From Patescibacteria group bacterium (lineage in GTDB: Bacteria > Patescibacteriota > Minisyncoccia > UBA6257 > GWB1-50-10): a stretch of 51,127 nucleotides of DNA. This document shows, piece after piece, positions 27,274-37,522 of this stretch (the first letter of the stretch is position 1; every line of letters begins with the position of its first letter). Both the position numbers and the translations under genes were made by a program. The stretch spans positions 1 through 51,127 of the forward strand of contig JBFLWN010000001.1 in the NCBI GenBank assembly GCA_040757555.1, read 5' to 3'. The notes beneath the pieces are model-generated. The model was not told the origin of the DNA. It did not search any database and saw only the letters and a list, made by a program, of their open reading frames with translations.

Positions 27274-30200
27274 CTAGTAGGTCAAGGTTGCACCGAGAAC
27301 TTCGCCGGAATCCGACACATTCAAGTTTGAATAGGTCGCTCCCGCTGAACCGGTTGTGGTGTAGCTGTATGAAACTACGCCATCCGCCCAGTAGTATTCT
27401 TCTGCGGTTATTGCTTTTGTTCCTACTTCAGATGCACTGTATCCCTTTGAACCATTTACTTTCACAGTCACTTTACAGCTACCCGTGAAGGTTGAGTTCT
27501 TTGTACATGCTGAAGCGGTGTTCGCTTTCACCACATACGTCTTTGATCCATTTGCAGAAATTGTCTGCGCGGGTGAGAATGAGCCAAAAGTGATGTTGGT
27601 TGAAGTCGCTGATGCCGATGATAACGAAGTGTTATCAGTATCAATCGAGTTCGTCAAATCACCTGATTCATAAAGTTTCCATGTATCAAGAGTTGACGTC
27701 GCACCGTTTGGAGTCAATGCCACATTGATTGTGGTTGACGACAATGTGATGTCACGTGTTCCTGGGTTGGAAATTGTGAATCGTGCTACTTCCTCAGACG
27801 CACTTCCTGCTGGGGTCAAGGTTCCCGTGTATGCATTCGCAATAACAGGAGCCGCTGCGGTTACAAGCATGTAGTTCGATGCCGCATTTGAAGTAAGAGT
27901 CAAACCGGTCGACATGTCGCCCTGGCTTGATGATACTTTCATATCGGTTGTCGAAGTGCTCTTCACCACAACTCTTCCCACAGCCTTTGGACTGATGGTC
28001 TCCTGATCGGTGATGTCAGCTTTCACGGTCAAGACTTTCGGGGTGCCTGCGGGCAACGAGAAGGTCAAACCATCCATCAAAACATCTCCGCTCTGAGGAA
28101 CCGTTCCGCCCGTATTCAACAAGGTTGAACCATCATAGAGGTACACTTTGCTGAAGTTCTGTTGGATTGCAGTTGCGGCAGCCCATTCAGTGGTTGATGC
28201 AGATTCGAATGAGAAGGTCACTCTCTTAAGAGTCAAATCCTCGTTCGCAGACTCAAATTTAATCTTTGAGATTTCAACACCTGTCTGGCCTGCGATCAAA
28301 ACTTTCGCAAGTGGAGTGGCAGCATCCGCAGCAATCGTGAGTGTTGCACTCTTGACTGTTATGGTCTGTCCTTCTTTTGCACCGCTTGGAGTTGAGCTCA
28401 AGCTCTTTCCAGACGCTACACCATATCCACTTACTCCTGCATCTCCTACTGAGATGATAATTGTCTGGTCAGCTACTGCTGAAGACAACACATCCGCATA
28501 GAGACTCAACACCTTGCTCGATGATTTTGCAACCGTAAGATTGGTGGTGAATGTGTTTGAAGATGCTGATGGTGAACCAATTGTCGAACCAAGCTGGGTC
28601 GTACCATCCATAAGTTTTAAGTTCTGGAGGTATGAGCTGGTTGCAATGGTGAAGTTGATCGAGTTCACGCGAACATCATCCGCACTTGACGCTTGGAATA
28701 CGAATTCTCCAACTTTTACATTGGTTGCACCCGCTGCACGATTGGTGCTCGCAAATGACGTATTCTTTGTCACCGTGAGAGAAACATCGCCAACAGTAAT
28801 GTTGTTTGCTTCACGCTCACTGGTTGCCAAATCGGTGTAATCATTTGTTGAGTAACGCTTCGTGTAGAACTTACCCACCGATACTGTGTAGTTCGATGAA
28901 GAAGTTGCGTTTGCTGAAACTGTTCCGGTTACTTCGATAGTCTTTGTCTGGCCACTTGGAATAGTGATGTAAGACGAAAGATCTCTCTGGTAAGCTCCTG
29001 GATCAGTTACTGAAATCGCTTGCAAGTTTGAAGTATCGGCTGAGATTGACAAGTAGGTTTCGCCGGACGTTGCATCCTTGACGGAGATCGTTCCGGTTAA
29101 TGCCAATCCATAAGTTGGATACTGTACTTGGATACCTAATTTGCGGATTTCAAGTGTTTCACCCGCGGCCTTCAAATCGAATTTCGCGAGAGATACGTTC
29201 TGCGCTGAAGGCGCAACGCTTCCAGTCGCACTTCCCGACGCTTTCGAGACGGTGAGTGCTCCCTGCTTAATCTTGAATCCACCATTGGTGTTCTGTGTAT
29301 CAGATCCAGTAAGTGCTGCACCTGCTGAATCGAGTACCTGGATTGCACCACCCGTGGTCACACCGCGAGCAACGACATCATAGTCATTCATCACGTAGAC
29401 ACGGAAGTAGTTGTTTGATCCATCCATGATGTCAGCTTTGACGGAGAAATCCTTCGTCAAACCTTTATCAACCATGTAAGGGGTCGCAAGTACAAATGAT
29501 ACATAGCGATCCACTGGGGCTGATGCGGTTGCAAGGACATTTCCTTCTGGAGAATATAATTTCCAGTTCTTCACATCCTTTGCTTCCTGGATTGTGCCTT
29601 CTACATAGAGAACAACTTTCTCAAGGTTTACACCTTCTTTCGAGTTATTCTGTACTACGCGGAGTTTGAAGACTTCCTTTTGGGTGTCTCCCACTTCAAC
29701 ATTTCCATCGTTTGATGAAATTGTCGAATAGGTCAATCCGGCTACTGACTGATCATCGAGGTAAACATTACCAAGTGATGTTGATCCATCAACAGTCGTG
29801 AAGATTCCCCCCATGAGAGGAAATGCTCCTGATGGCTGTGAAGAACCAGTCGCTACGGTAATATCCGTCACTGCATTTACTGCGAAGCTGAGTGAGCCGC
29901 TGTTTGCGTCTGAACTCAAGTTCACTGCAACGGTCAAGTATTTGGTCTGTCCTGCTGGCACGACAAACGGGGTTCCTGGGAAGGAAACCGTCGCCTTTCC
30001 ATCTGCAGTCAAGGCACTGATTATGTTTCCATAACGATTGCCATTGTCATCCCAAACGCTTACACCAGTGATGTTCGTGTTCGCTGTGTACCCACCGCGA
30101 GTCACGGTCACTGCAGTTACATTCTCTGCCTGTGATCCTGCTGTAAACTTAAGTTTTAACACTTTGTTATAGAGAGAACCATCAGGAATCGTGGTTGCTG

Positions 30201-30666
30201 CAGGTCCTGCTGCTTCCACTTTGAGAAATGCTGATGTTGGAAGTACTACTGGAGTTCCAGGGGTTCCTGGAGTTCCTGCCATTGCCGTCCTTGTTTTTGG
30301 TCCAAAGTATCCAGATGCTGGAGTTACGCCAGCAGCTTTTTGCCAGGCAACAAGAGCTGCCTTGGTCGCTGGGCCAAAGTATGAAGTCGGAGCGGCAATT
30401 TTCAAGTAACCACCATTGATAAGAATCTGCTGGAGGGCAGATACGTCAGCTCCTTTTGCACCAAGGGTGAGGTCCTTTGTGAAAGTATATGATGACGATG
30501 CTGCTGGAGTTCCAGTTTGCATGGATGCTACCTGAGCTTGTAATTGTGCAATTTGTGCAAGCAAAGCATTGATATCAACGCTCTGTGCGCTTGCTGGGGT
30601 TCCAGTCATCGACAACGCTACAACGAGCGCAATCGCGACTGTTCCGAATTTTCTTAATCTACTCAT
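27274..30666 (-). CDS. large secreted S-layer-like surface protein with N-terminal peptidoglycan-binding domain
   Basis: signal peptide, LLAQIAQLQAQ coil, DLTLG.KGADVSALQ..L / YFGPATKAAL..WQ / YFGPKT PG-binding motifs, repeated Ser/Thr/Val-rich beta modules; visibly higher GC. Confidence 0.8.
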   Translation of the reverse strand: MSRLRKFGTVAIALVVALSMTGTPASAQSVDINALLAQIAQLQAQVASMQTGTPAASSSYTFTKDLTLGAKGADVSALQQILINGGYLKIAAPTSYFGPATKAALVAWQKAAGVTPASGYFGPKTRTAMAGTPGTPGTPVVLPTSAFLKVEAAGPAATTIPDGSLYNKVLKLKFTAGSQAENVTAVTVTRGGYTANTNITGVSVWDDNGNRYGNIISALTADGKATVSFPGTPFVVPAGQTKYLTVAVNLSSDANSGSLSFAVNAVTDITVATGSSQPSGAFPLMGGIFTTVDGSTSLGNVYLDDQSVAGLTYSTISSNDGNVEVGDTQKEVFKLRVVQNNSKEGVNLEKVVLYVEGTIQEAKDVKNWKLYSPEGNVLATASAPVDRYVSFVLATPYMVDKGLTKDFSVKADIMDGSNNYFRVYVMNDYDVVARGVTTGGAIQVLDSAGAALTGSDTQNTNGGFKIKQGALTVSKASGSATGSVAPSAQNVSLAKFDLKAAGETLEIRKLGIQVQYPTYGLALTGTISVKDATSGETYLSISADTSNLQAISVTDPGAYQRDLSSYITIPSGQTKTIEVTGTVSANATSSSNYTVSVGKFYTKRYSTNDYTDLATSEREANNITVGDVSLTVTKNTSFASTNRAAGATNVKVGEFVFQASSADDVRVNSINFTIATSSYLQNLKLMDGTTQLGSTIGSPSASSNTFTTNLTVAKSSSKVLSLYADVLSSAVADQTIIISVGDAGVSGYGVASGKSLSSTPSGAKEGQTITVKSATLTIAADAATPLAKVLIAGQTGVEISKIKFESANEDLTLKRVTFSFESASTTEWAAATAIQQNFSKVYLYDGSTLLNTGGTVPQSGDVLMDGLTFSLPAGTPKVLTVKADITDQETISPKAVGRVVVKSTSTTDMKVSSSQGDMSTGLTLTSNAASNYMLVTAAAPVIANAYTGTLTPAGSASEEVARFTISNPGTRDITLSSTTINVALTPNGATSTLDTWKLYESGDLTNSIDTDNTSLSSASATSTNITFGSFSPAQTISANGSKTYVVKANTASACTKNSTFTGSCKVTVKVNGSKGYSASEVGTKAITAEEYYWADGVVSYSYTTTGSAGATYSNLNVSDSGEVLGATLTY

Positions 30667-30814
30667 TTTTTTCTAATTTAATTTAATTTTCTATATTGTG
30701 TAACACTCATTGAAGAGTGTAATTTCGACTCTTTGATATTTTAAACAGAAGTTTAAAAAATCTTAGAACCGTCGACCTTTCAAAAGTTTCGGGACACCAT
30801 TTGTTCTGTTTTCG

Positions 30815-30848
30815 ACCCTCCTTCGCTCCTGCTTCAGTGGGCAAGCCC
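30815..30848. repeat. GC-rich REP-like imperfect palindrome in the S-layer leader
   Basis: CCCTCCTTCGCTCCTGCTTCAGTGGGCAAGCCC in an AT-rich context, enclosed by a CACCATTT/AAATGGTG stem. Confidence 0.4.
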
Positions 30849-30970
30849 TCTTCCACAGACTCAAACGAGGAAACAATAAAGAAATGGTGGTTGATAATGA
30901 TGTACATTGAGATTCTGAAAGTAAATCTCAAGTTTGAGAAAGAGCTGGATATTATTTTTCAGAAAATAAT

Positions 30971-31150
30971 AAAAAACTCGCTTGTTCGGAGCGAGATCAC
31001 AATACTACTGCGCAAAACCCAAACGCACTACGAGAAAAATTCTCTGCTTTGAGTTCTTAACGAGTAGATCTTGCGACTTAGCCTCACTCCAAGTCACTAG
31101 AACATTTCTGTTCTCCCTAGAATTTCGGATACCCCTATCTAAAATACTAG
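30971..31150 (-). ncRNA. candidate structured leader/sRNA ending in an intrinsic terminator
   Basis: hairpins AGAACA-GAAA-TGTTCT, GACTTGG..CTAAGTC, GAGAA..TTCTC, then CTCGCT..AGCGAG-TTTTTT, directly after a promoter. Confidence 0.45.
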
Positions 31151-31157
31151 TAGCCTT

Positions 31158-31185
31158 ATTATACCAAATTGTTTTAAAAATGCAA
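31158..31185 (-). promoter_or_regulatory. sigma70 promoter with extended -10, upstream of the S-layer leader
   Basis: TTGCAT-16 bp-TATAAT with TG two bases upstream of the -10. Confidence 0.6.
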
Positions 31186-31285
31186 AACGCACTCATTTTC
31201 ACTCATATCTACAGGCAAATCTTCCCACATCTCGCGTCTGTAAATATAACGAAATCTATTCAAAGATGTTACGTATAAAAGGACC

Positions 31286-32056
31286 TTACAAAGACCATTT
31301 TGAGACGGCAAAAATGATAAGGGTGAGAAGCACAAAAATAGTAACCTGCCGAAGGAGGAGTTTTTTGGTCAAATTCCCCTGAAAATGGGCGATAAGACTA
31401 TCCCGAAGGAGTAAAAAGAAGAGAGCAAGAAAGATACTTCCATTCAATATCCCGAGGGGCATAAACTTTGTGACCAATAAGAGTTCTGAAGTAAGAAAGG
31501 CGACCACCGCACTCGTCACCCCAATTCTCCGTTTAAACTGTACGTCAAAGAAGTAGAGCGATTCGCGAAACAGTAATAACACAATAACAAAGAACGGAAA
31601 TATCCAAAAAAGCGATCTCTCAAAGAGAATGAAGAACACCACAAATGAGGCGAGGAGTACCGCAGTATTAAATACTCCATATATAATGAATCGATCTTTG
31701 AAAAAAAAGTGGGAAATTCCTATTAAAAGAAAAAATGCGAAGAAAAAGAGTAAAAACAATCCAATAAAAAACATTGAGATGTAGGGAGATGAGAGGGAAA
31801 AGGCAATATTCCGTGTGATAACCCAAAATCCAATGACCGTGATGAGGGGGAAGAACCAAAATGAGGAACGAAGAAGGTTTCGTTCGGCAATTTGAGTGAT
31901 ATAAACCACTAACACCGATCCAAAAAACAGTATAATAGACCACCACCGAAAATCGGTAGCAAGTACAATCCATAAAAATATGGAAACAATAAGCGTTTTA
32001 GATACCAACCTCAACAACTCCTGACTTATTGAGGGTAACCGAAATTTTCTTTCCAT
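31286..32056 (-). CDS. polytopic membrane protein of unknown function
   Basis: about 8 hydrophobic segments; 5' end overlaps clpB by 59 bp, so the start is uncertain. Confidence 0.7.
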   Translation of the reverse strand: MERKFRLPSISQELLRLVSKTLIVSIFLWIVLATDFRWWSIILFFGSVLVVYITQIAERNLLRSSFWFFPLITVIGFWVITRNIAFSLSSPYISMFFIGLFLLFFFAFFLLIGISHFFFKDRFIIYGVFNTAVLLASFVVFFILFERSLFWIFPFFVIVLLLFRESLYFFDVQFKRRIGVTSAVVAFLTSELLLVTKFMPLGILNGSIFLALFFLLLRDSLIAHFQGNLTKKLLLRQVTIFVLLTLIIFAVSKWSL

Positions 32057-34643
32057 GGGTTATTCCTTTTCGGACTATTTTATCCGCAAGTGCATCGACA
32101 ATAATTTTTTGAATGAGTCGTTTAATAGGACGCGCACCATAATTCGGATCAAATCCATTTTTTCCGAGATATTCCCGCACTGCAGGGGTAACCGAAAGAG
32201 TAATTTCTTTTGTCTTGAGACGGTTTTCCACTTCACGAAGTTGAATATCAACAATTTTTCGAATATCCGCATGGGACAATGCATTGAAAATAATAACCTC
32301 ATCCAGTCGATTCAAAAATTCCGGCTTGAATGTATCGTGGAGCGCTTCCATCACCCGCTCTCTGAATTTTTCTTCCGATTTTTTTCCTTCTTTTTCTTTT
32401 TCTTCATCGATATCAAATCCGATTGATGAAATTTGTCTGAAATATTCACTTCCCACATTCGAGGTCATGATAATCACGGTGTTTTTAAAGTTTACTGTCT
32501 TTCCCTTTCCATCGGTGAGTCGTCCGTTATCGAGAATTTGAAGGAGAATATTAAATACTTCAGGATGTGCTTTTTCAATTTCATCAAAGAGCACCAAGCT
32601 GTATGGTCGGTGTCTCACAATCTCCGTAAGTTGCCCCCCATCGTCATGTCCCACATATCCTGGAGGAGAACCGATAAGTCTCGATACCGCATGTTTTTCC
32701 ATATACTCGGACATATCAATTCTCACGAGCGCTTTTTCGTCATTAAACATAAACTCGGCGACCGCTCGTGCAAGTTCTGTTTTCCCTACCCCTGTTGGAC
32801 CAAGAAACATAAACGATCCTGCGGGACGATTTTCATCCGAAAGTCCGGTACGTGATCTTCGAAGTGCTCGCGCAATTGAGTTAATCGCTTCTTTCTGGCC
32901 AATCACCCGCGTCTCAAGATCTTCTTCAATACGTGCCAATTTCCCCATTTCGGACTCGAGCATACGCGTGATCGGAATCCCCGTCCATCGGGACACTACC
33001 GATGCGATATCCTCTTCATCAATAGTTTCTTTCATAAACTTTTTGTCTTTTTCACGCGATGCTTTCGCACGTTTTCGTTCAAGTGATGCATGTTCTTTTT
33101 CCGCCGCAGGAAGTTCTCCATAAAGAATTTTCGCTACGCGTTCAAAATTCCCCTCTCGTTCGGCAACTTCCGCTTCATGACGTAATGTATCGATTTTTTG
33201 TCGCACCGTATGCACATCCTGGGAAGAATCTTTTTCTTTTTTCCATTCCCCCGAAAGCGCGTCATTTTCTTCTTTCAGTTGTGCAAGTGATTTTTCAATC
33301 TCTTTCATGCGCGCAGTTTTTTTCGATCCCTTTTCCTGCAACAACGCCGATCGTTCAATTTCAAGTCGAGTAATCTCTTTTCGAATACTTTCAATATCAC
33401 GAGGAACACTATCACTCTCGAGTCGTCGCGATGCAGCCGCTTCATCGATAAGATCAACCGCTTTGTCCGGTAAAAATCTGTCGGTAATATATCGCGCACT
33501 CAAATTCACCGCCGATATAATTGCCTCATCCGAAATTTTAAGCCCATGATGCATTTCATATTTTTCTTTGAGCCCCCGTAAAATCGAAATGGAATCTTCT
33601 ATCGTCGGCTCTTCAACAATAATCGGCTGAAATCTTCGTTCGAGTGCCGCGTCTTTTTCGATGTGTTTTTGATATTCCTTGAGTGTTGTTGCTCCGATTG
33701 CATGCAATTCTCCACGGGCAAGTGCCGGTTTCAACATATTCGATGCATCAATTGCACCCTCTGCTGCACCTGCTCCCACAATCATGTGAATTTCGTCAAT
33801 AAATAAAATATACTTCCCCGCACTCTTCTCAAGTTCGCGTAAGAATGCTTTCAATCGATCCTCAAATTCGCCTCTAAATTTTGTTCCTGCAACAAGTGAT
33901 CCTAAATCGAGCGAAAGCACTTCTTTTCCCTTGAGCGATTCGGGAACGTCCCCCGATAAAATCTTCTGTGCAAGTCCTTCAACAATTGCGGTCTTTCCCA
34001 CTCCTGGTTCTCCGATAAGCACCGGATTATTTTTTGTCCTTCGGGAAAGAATTTGCATCACACGACGTAATTCATCCTCACGTCCGATCACCGGATCAAG
34101 TTTTCCCTCTCGTGCTTTCTTGGTGAGATTGATCGCATATTTTTCGAATACCTGAAATTTTGTTTCTGGTGTTTCATCCGTCACCCGTGTTGATCCGCGC
34201 AATGTTTGAAACTGTTTTAATAATTCATCTTTTTTTGCACCAAAACGCAAAAGAATTTCTTGCGCGTATGATTGTACGTCCGCGATCGCAATTAAAATAT
34301 GTTCACATGAAATAAATTCATCTTTCTCCTTGCGCGCAATTTCACCCGCACGATCAAGGATTTTCATAAGTTCCTGTGACAAATATAACTGTTGCCCCAC
34401 TTGCCCTGCCCCCATAAAAATTTTCGGCATTTGGTGAATATGCACTTCAAGTTCTTTCTCGAGTGTTTCGATATTCACATTCGCTTCCATAAGTATGGGA
34501 CGCACTAATGTTTGTTCGTCGCTCAATAATGTGTAAAGCAAATGAATCGCCTTTAACTCTCCCTGATTTGAGCGCATCACAAGTTCCTGCGCGTTTTGTA
34601 GTGCCTCCTGTGCTCGTATAGTAAATCGATGAAATTGTGGCAT
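31998..34643 (-). CDS. clpB: ATP-dependent chaperone ClpB
   Basis: Clp-N repeats, GEPGVGKT, long coiled-coil M domain, [22 protein letters not shown]. Confidence 0.93.
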   Translation of the reverse strand: MPQFHRFTIRAQEALQNAQELVMRSNQGELKAIHLLYTLLSDEQTLVRPILMEANVNIETLEKELEVHIHQMPKIFMGAGQVGQQLYLSQELMKILDRAGEIARKEKDEFISCEHILIAIADVQSYAQEILLRFGAKKDELLKQFQTLRGSTRVTDETPETKFQVFEKYAINLTKKAREGKLDPVIGREDELRRVMQILSRRTKNNPVLIGEPGVGKTAIVEGLAQKILSGDVPESLKGKEVLSLDLGSLVAGTKFRGEFEDRLKAFLRELEKSAGKYILFIDEIHMIVGAGAAEGAIDASNMLKPALARGELHAIGATTLKEYQKHIEKDAALERRFQPIIVEEPTIEDSISILRGLKEKYEMHHGLKISDEAIISAVNLSARYITDRFLPDKAVDLIDEAAASRRLESDSVPRDIESIRKEITRLEIERSALLQEKGSKKTARMKEIEKSLAQLKEENDALSGEWKKEKDSSQDVHTVRQKIDTLRHEAEVAEREGNFERVAKILYGELPAAEKEHASLERKRAKASREKDKKFMKETIDEEDIASVVSRWTGIPITRMLESEMGKLARIEEDLETRVIGQKEAINSIARALRRSRTGLSDENRPAGSFMFLGPTGVGKTELARAVAEFMFNDEKALVRIDMSEYMEKHAVSRLIGSPPGYVGHDDGGQLTEIVRHRPYSLVLFDEIEKAHPEVFNILLQILDNGRLTDGKGKTVNFKNTVIIMTSNVGSEYFRQISSIGFDIDEEKEKEGKKSEEKFRERVMEALHDTFKPEFLNRLDEVIIFNALSHADIRKIVDIQLREVENRLKTKEITLSVTPAVREYLGKNGFDPNYGARPIKRLIQKIIVDALADKIVRKGITHGKKISVTLNKSGVVEVGI

Positions 34644-34721
34644 GGTATTTTTTAATTAAATAATTCGTTCCTTTCGCTCAACCTTATATATCATACGCTA
34701 TTTTATACCAATCAATCAAAA

Positions 34722-34748
34722 TCAGCAAGGTCAACTGCCGAGTGCTGA
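34722..34748 (-). promoter_or_regulatory. degenerate CIRCE (HrcA operator) overlapping the clpB promoter
   Basis: TCAGCACTC-N9-CCTTGCTGA vs consensus TTAGCACTC-N9-GAGTGCTAA; overlaps TTGCTG-17 bp-TAAAAT. Confidence 0.6.
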
Positions 34749-34753
34749 TTAGG

Positions 34754-34785
34754 TAGAGGTTAGGGATTAGTAAGTTAGGGTATAG
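34754..34785. repeat. 5-unit TAG array (spacing 7,7,8,7) at a gene end
   Basis: TAG at 34754, 34761, 34768, 34776, 34783. Confidence 0.5.
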
Positions 34786-35296
34786 AAAAATCATAAGATA
34801 AACTAAAAAGCCGCTGTTCATATAAAGCGGCTTTTAAAATTAACCATGTGATGAGGAGAAAGGAATAGATATACATTGCTATATCTATCGGATCCCCTGC
34901 GGTTGGATATTTCGGATGATTTGGAATACTATCCGCTGCCATCTGCATTAATTCTGTAATCATCGCGATCATAAACGCAATTACAGCAAATCTCATCATC
35001 TTCTTTATCAACCTATCGAAACTTCTTTTTTTGTGGGGCACAGCAAAGTTTGTATGCATAATTGCCATAAAAACTCCCATTCCCACAAACCCGAAGTCCG
35101 CAACGTACCACCTAACCCATGACGGACCGATAAGATAAATTTGCATCACCTTTCCCCATTGATATAACACGGGGAAGAAAAGAACGATTGATAGATATGG
35201 ATTCCTGTATTTTTTCGAAAATCCAATTCCAGCAATAGAAATAAAAATGAACGCTACTGTTTGTAGAAAAAAAACATGTGAGGGAACCGATTGCAT
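34775..35296 (-). CDS. hypothetical membrane protein
   Basis: about 5 TMs, E..Q and GDPIDI motifs; own promoter. Confidence 0.7.
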   Translation of the reverse strand: MQSVPSHVFFLQTVAFIFISIAGIGFSKKYRNPYLSIVLFFPVLYQWGKVMQIYLIGPSWVRWYVADFGFVGMGVFMAIMHTNFAVPHKKRSFDRLIKKMMRFAVIAFMIAMITELMQMAADSIPNHPKYPTAGDPIDIAMYIYSFLLITWLILKAALYEQRLFSLSYDFSIP

Positions 35297-35344
35297 ATAA
35301 ATCCTCGCTCTTAATTGAAAAATTGTTAATTTAATGCTGTGCTA

Positions 35345-35373
35345 ATCATAGCACAGTATTAATAAAATGTCAA
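35345..35373 (-). promoter_or_regulatory. sigma70 promoter
   Basis: TTGACA-17 bp-TATGAT. Confidence 0.7.
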
Positions 35374-35390
35374 ATATTATCAATCTAAGA

Positions 35391-36656
35391 TTATTCCTGC
35401 GGTCTTTCTTTCAACGTCACCGAAAACTCCATTGCGTCTTTCCCGCGATACACTTTTAACGTCACCGTCTCCCCTATATTATATTTCTGTATCACACTCC
35501 CCAATGTTTTTTCAGTGGTTAATTTTTCTCCGTTCACCTCAGTAATAATATCTTCCGCCTTAATTCCCGCTACATCTGCAGGAGACTCGGGAACCACTGC
35601 GGGACCATCCTCGGTTCCTCGCACCAATGCCCCCTCCTCAATGGAAAGTTTTTGTTTTTTTGCAATTTCTTCGGTAAGCATTAAATATCTCACCCCGATA
35701 TATGGCGATTTAATACTTCCTGTGTCTTTCACCGATTGAATCGCGCGCTTCACTTGATTGATTGGAATGGTAAATCCAATATTTTGTGCTCCCGATGCCA
35801 CTGCGGTATTAATCCCAACCACTTCACCTTTTAGATTCAAAAGCGGTCCTCCAGAATTTCCCTGATTGATTGCCGCATCGGTTTGTATGAGTCCTTCGAT
35901 TTTTTCCACAAATCCGCCCCCTCCCGATGCAGTAATACTTCGAGAAAGACCGGAGATAACCCCGACAGAAACGGTATTTCGAAATTCTCCAAGCGCATTT
36001 CCAATTGCAATTGCGGTCTGTCCAAGTTTTATTCCATCGGAATCTCCCAATTTCGCGGGTTTCAATCCCTTCGCATCTATTTTTATGACTGCAAGATCTT
36101 TTGTATTGTCACGCGCTAATACTTTAGCCTTATATTTTTTTCCGTCATTCGTAAGTACGGTATATTCAGCTTTTGTGTCCAAGACCACGTGTTTATTCGT
36201 CACAATAAGTCCATCTTCGGAAACAATAAATCCACTCCCTCCCCCAACCTCCTGATTCCTTGTTCCTTTTTGACAAGGAACCGAAAAATCAAATCCTCCA
36301 CCAAAAAAATCCTGAAATTCTGGAGGAAGGTCACTGAAGGGATTATTTCCCGGACACTGTTCAATAATAGGTAAGTCTTTTGAGATAACAATTGAAACCA
36401 CACTCGGTGACGCTTGTTCGACTGCTTGAACCACTGCATTCTCATAATCAATTGCGGGTTTATACAATGGAATATCTTTCGTCTCACCTTCATTTTTCTC
36501 AACTGTCGAAGTTGTGGGGGGAGAAAACCCACCCTTCAAAAATCCCCACACCTCGTCAAAAAATCCAGCACTCGCTAAACGCGGGAAAATCGCCGAGCTT
36601 GCGACGATTCCCACGAAAAGAATTGCAATAATAATAGAAATTCTCTTCTTATCCAT
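35391..36656 (-). CDS. htrA: HtrA/DegP-family serine protease with one PDZ domain
   Basis: GSGFIV, TNKHV, DLAVIK, QTDAAINQGNSGGPL, SPAD.AGIK.EDII. Confidence 0.93.
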   Translation of the reverse strand: MDKKRISIIIAILFVGIVASSAIFPRLASAGFFDEVWGFLKGGFSPPTTSTVEKNEGETKDIPLYKPAIDYENAVVQAVEQASPSVVSIVISKDLPIIEQCPGNNPFSDLPPEFQDFFGGGFDFSVPCQKGTRNQEVGGGSGFIVSEDGLIVTNKHVVLDTKAEYTVLTNDGKKYKAKVLARDNTKDLAVIKIDAKGLKPAKLGDSDGIKLGQTAIAIGNALGEFRNTVSVGVISGLSRSITASGGGGFVEKIEGLIQTDAAINQGNSGGPLLNLKGEVVGINTAVASGAQNIGFTIPINQVKRAIQSVKDTGSIKSPYIGVRYLMLTEEIAKKQKLSIEEGALVRGTEDGPAVVPESPADVAGIKAEDIITEVNGEKLTTEKTLGSVIQKYNIGETVTLKVYRGKDAMEFSVTLKERPQE

Positions 36657-36681
36657 AGTCTATGTAGTACGAATAAAACGA

Positions 36682-37467
36682 CTATTTTATTTCATATCGG
36701 AGGGTCACTGAAGTAGTCACCTCCTGTGATCCTGGTTCAATTGAAGGAGCAGCCGCCATATCGCCCCCTCCCATTCCATATACTTCACTTGATACTTTCA
36801 TATTTCGGTACATTGGTGTCGGATAATATCCTCCCTCGTCAATCGAAATAAGTTTCCCCACAGAAAATCCTGCCGCATCCGCAATCTGTTCCGCCTTTTC
36901 TTTTGCTTTTTCTATCGCCTGTTCTCGCGCATCTGCCAATATTTTTGTCGGATCATCAATAGTGAATTGTAATTGTGAAACCGAATTTGCTCCCTGTTCC
37001 ACTACTCCCCCGATAATATCGCCTGCCTTTTCGAAATCACGCACCTTCACCAATACCGACTGTCGCACCGTGTATCCAACAATTGTTGGGGGTGGACATG
37101 TGCTTCCTCCATACATCCCACAATTTGCGTATTGATACCTTGGCTCAACGCTATACTGCTCCGTCTTTATATCTTTCTCTTCAACTTTATTTTCTTTTAC
37201 AAACGCAATCGCCTTATTCACCTTTTCCACATTCTGTTTCTGTAAATCACCAAGATTCTTTCCTCCCTCGGTAATCACACTGAATGTGAATGTTGCCACA
37301 TCGGGAATCGACACCACTTTTCCGTCCGCCGAAACCGAAAATGTCCTCATCGATGCCGGATCAATTTGCTTTGCATATGACCCCACATACATCCACGCGG
37401 ACACCGACACGACAACAAGAGCAAATATAATTGCCCATCCCACATAATTCTTTATTTTTTGTTCCAT
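36682..37467 (-). CDS. SIMPL domain (DUF541/YggE-like) protein
   Basis: SVSADGKV..PDVA, DIKT..YSV.P.Y, AREQAI.KAKEKA..IA, IEPGSQEV. Confidence 0.88.
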   Translation of the reverse strand: MEQKIKNYVGWAIIFALVVVSVSAWMYVGSYAKQIDPASMRTFSVSADGKVVSIPDVATFTFSVITEGGKNLGDLQKQNVEKVNKAIAFVKENKVEEKDIKTEQYSVEPRYQYANCGMYGGSTCPPPTIVGYTVRQSVLVKVRDFEKAGDIIGGVVEQGANSVSQLQFTIDDPTKILADAREQAIEKAKEKAEQIADAAGFSVGKLISIDEGGYYPTPMYRNMKVSSEVYGMGGGDMAAAPSIEPGSQEVTTSVTLRYEIK

Positions 37468-37522
37468 ATTTTTATACTAATTTTTTTATTCTTACGACGT
37501 TTTGTGTTCTCATTATAACAGA

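Noticed and set aside
27288-30419. Many plus-strand ORFs within the S-layer gene
   Set aside because: Antisense shadows caused by codon bias and higher GC.
30707-31278. Short ORFs in the S-layer upstream region (30707-30931, 30801-31052, 30982-31278, 31005-31202)
   Set aside because: They overlap each other on both strands, lack recognisable motifs, and cross promoter, hairpin and REP-like sequence; better explained as non-coding leader.
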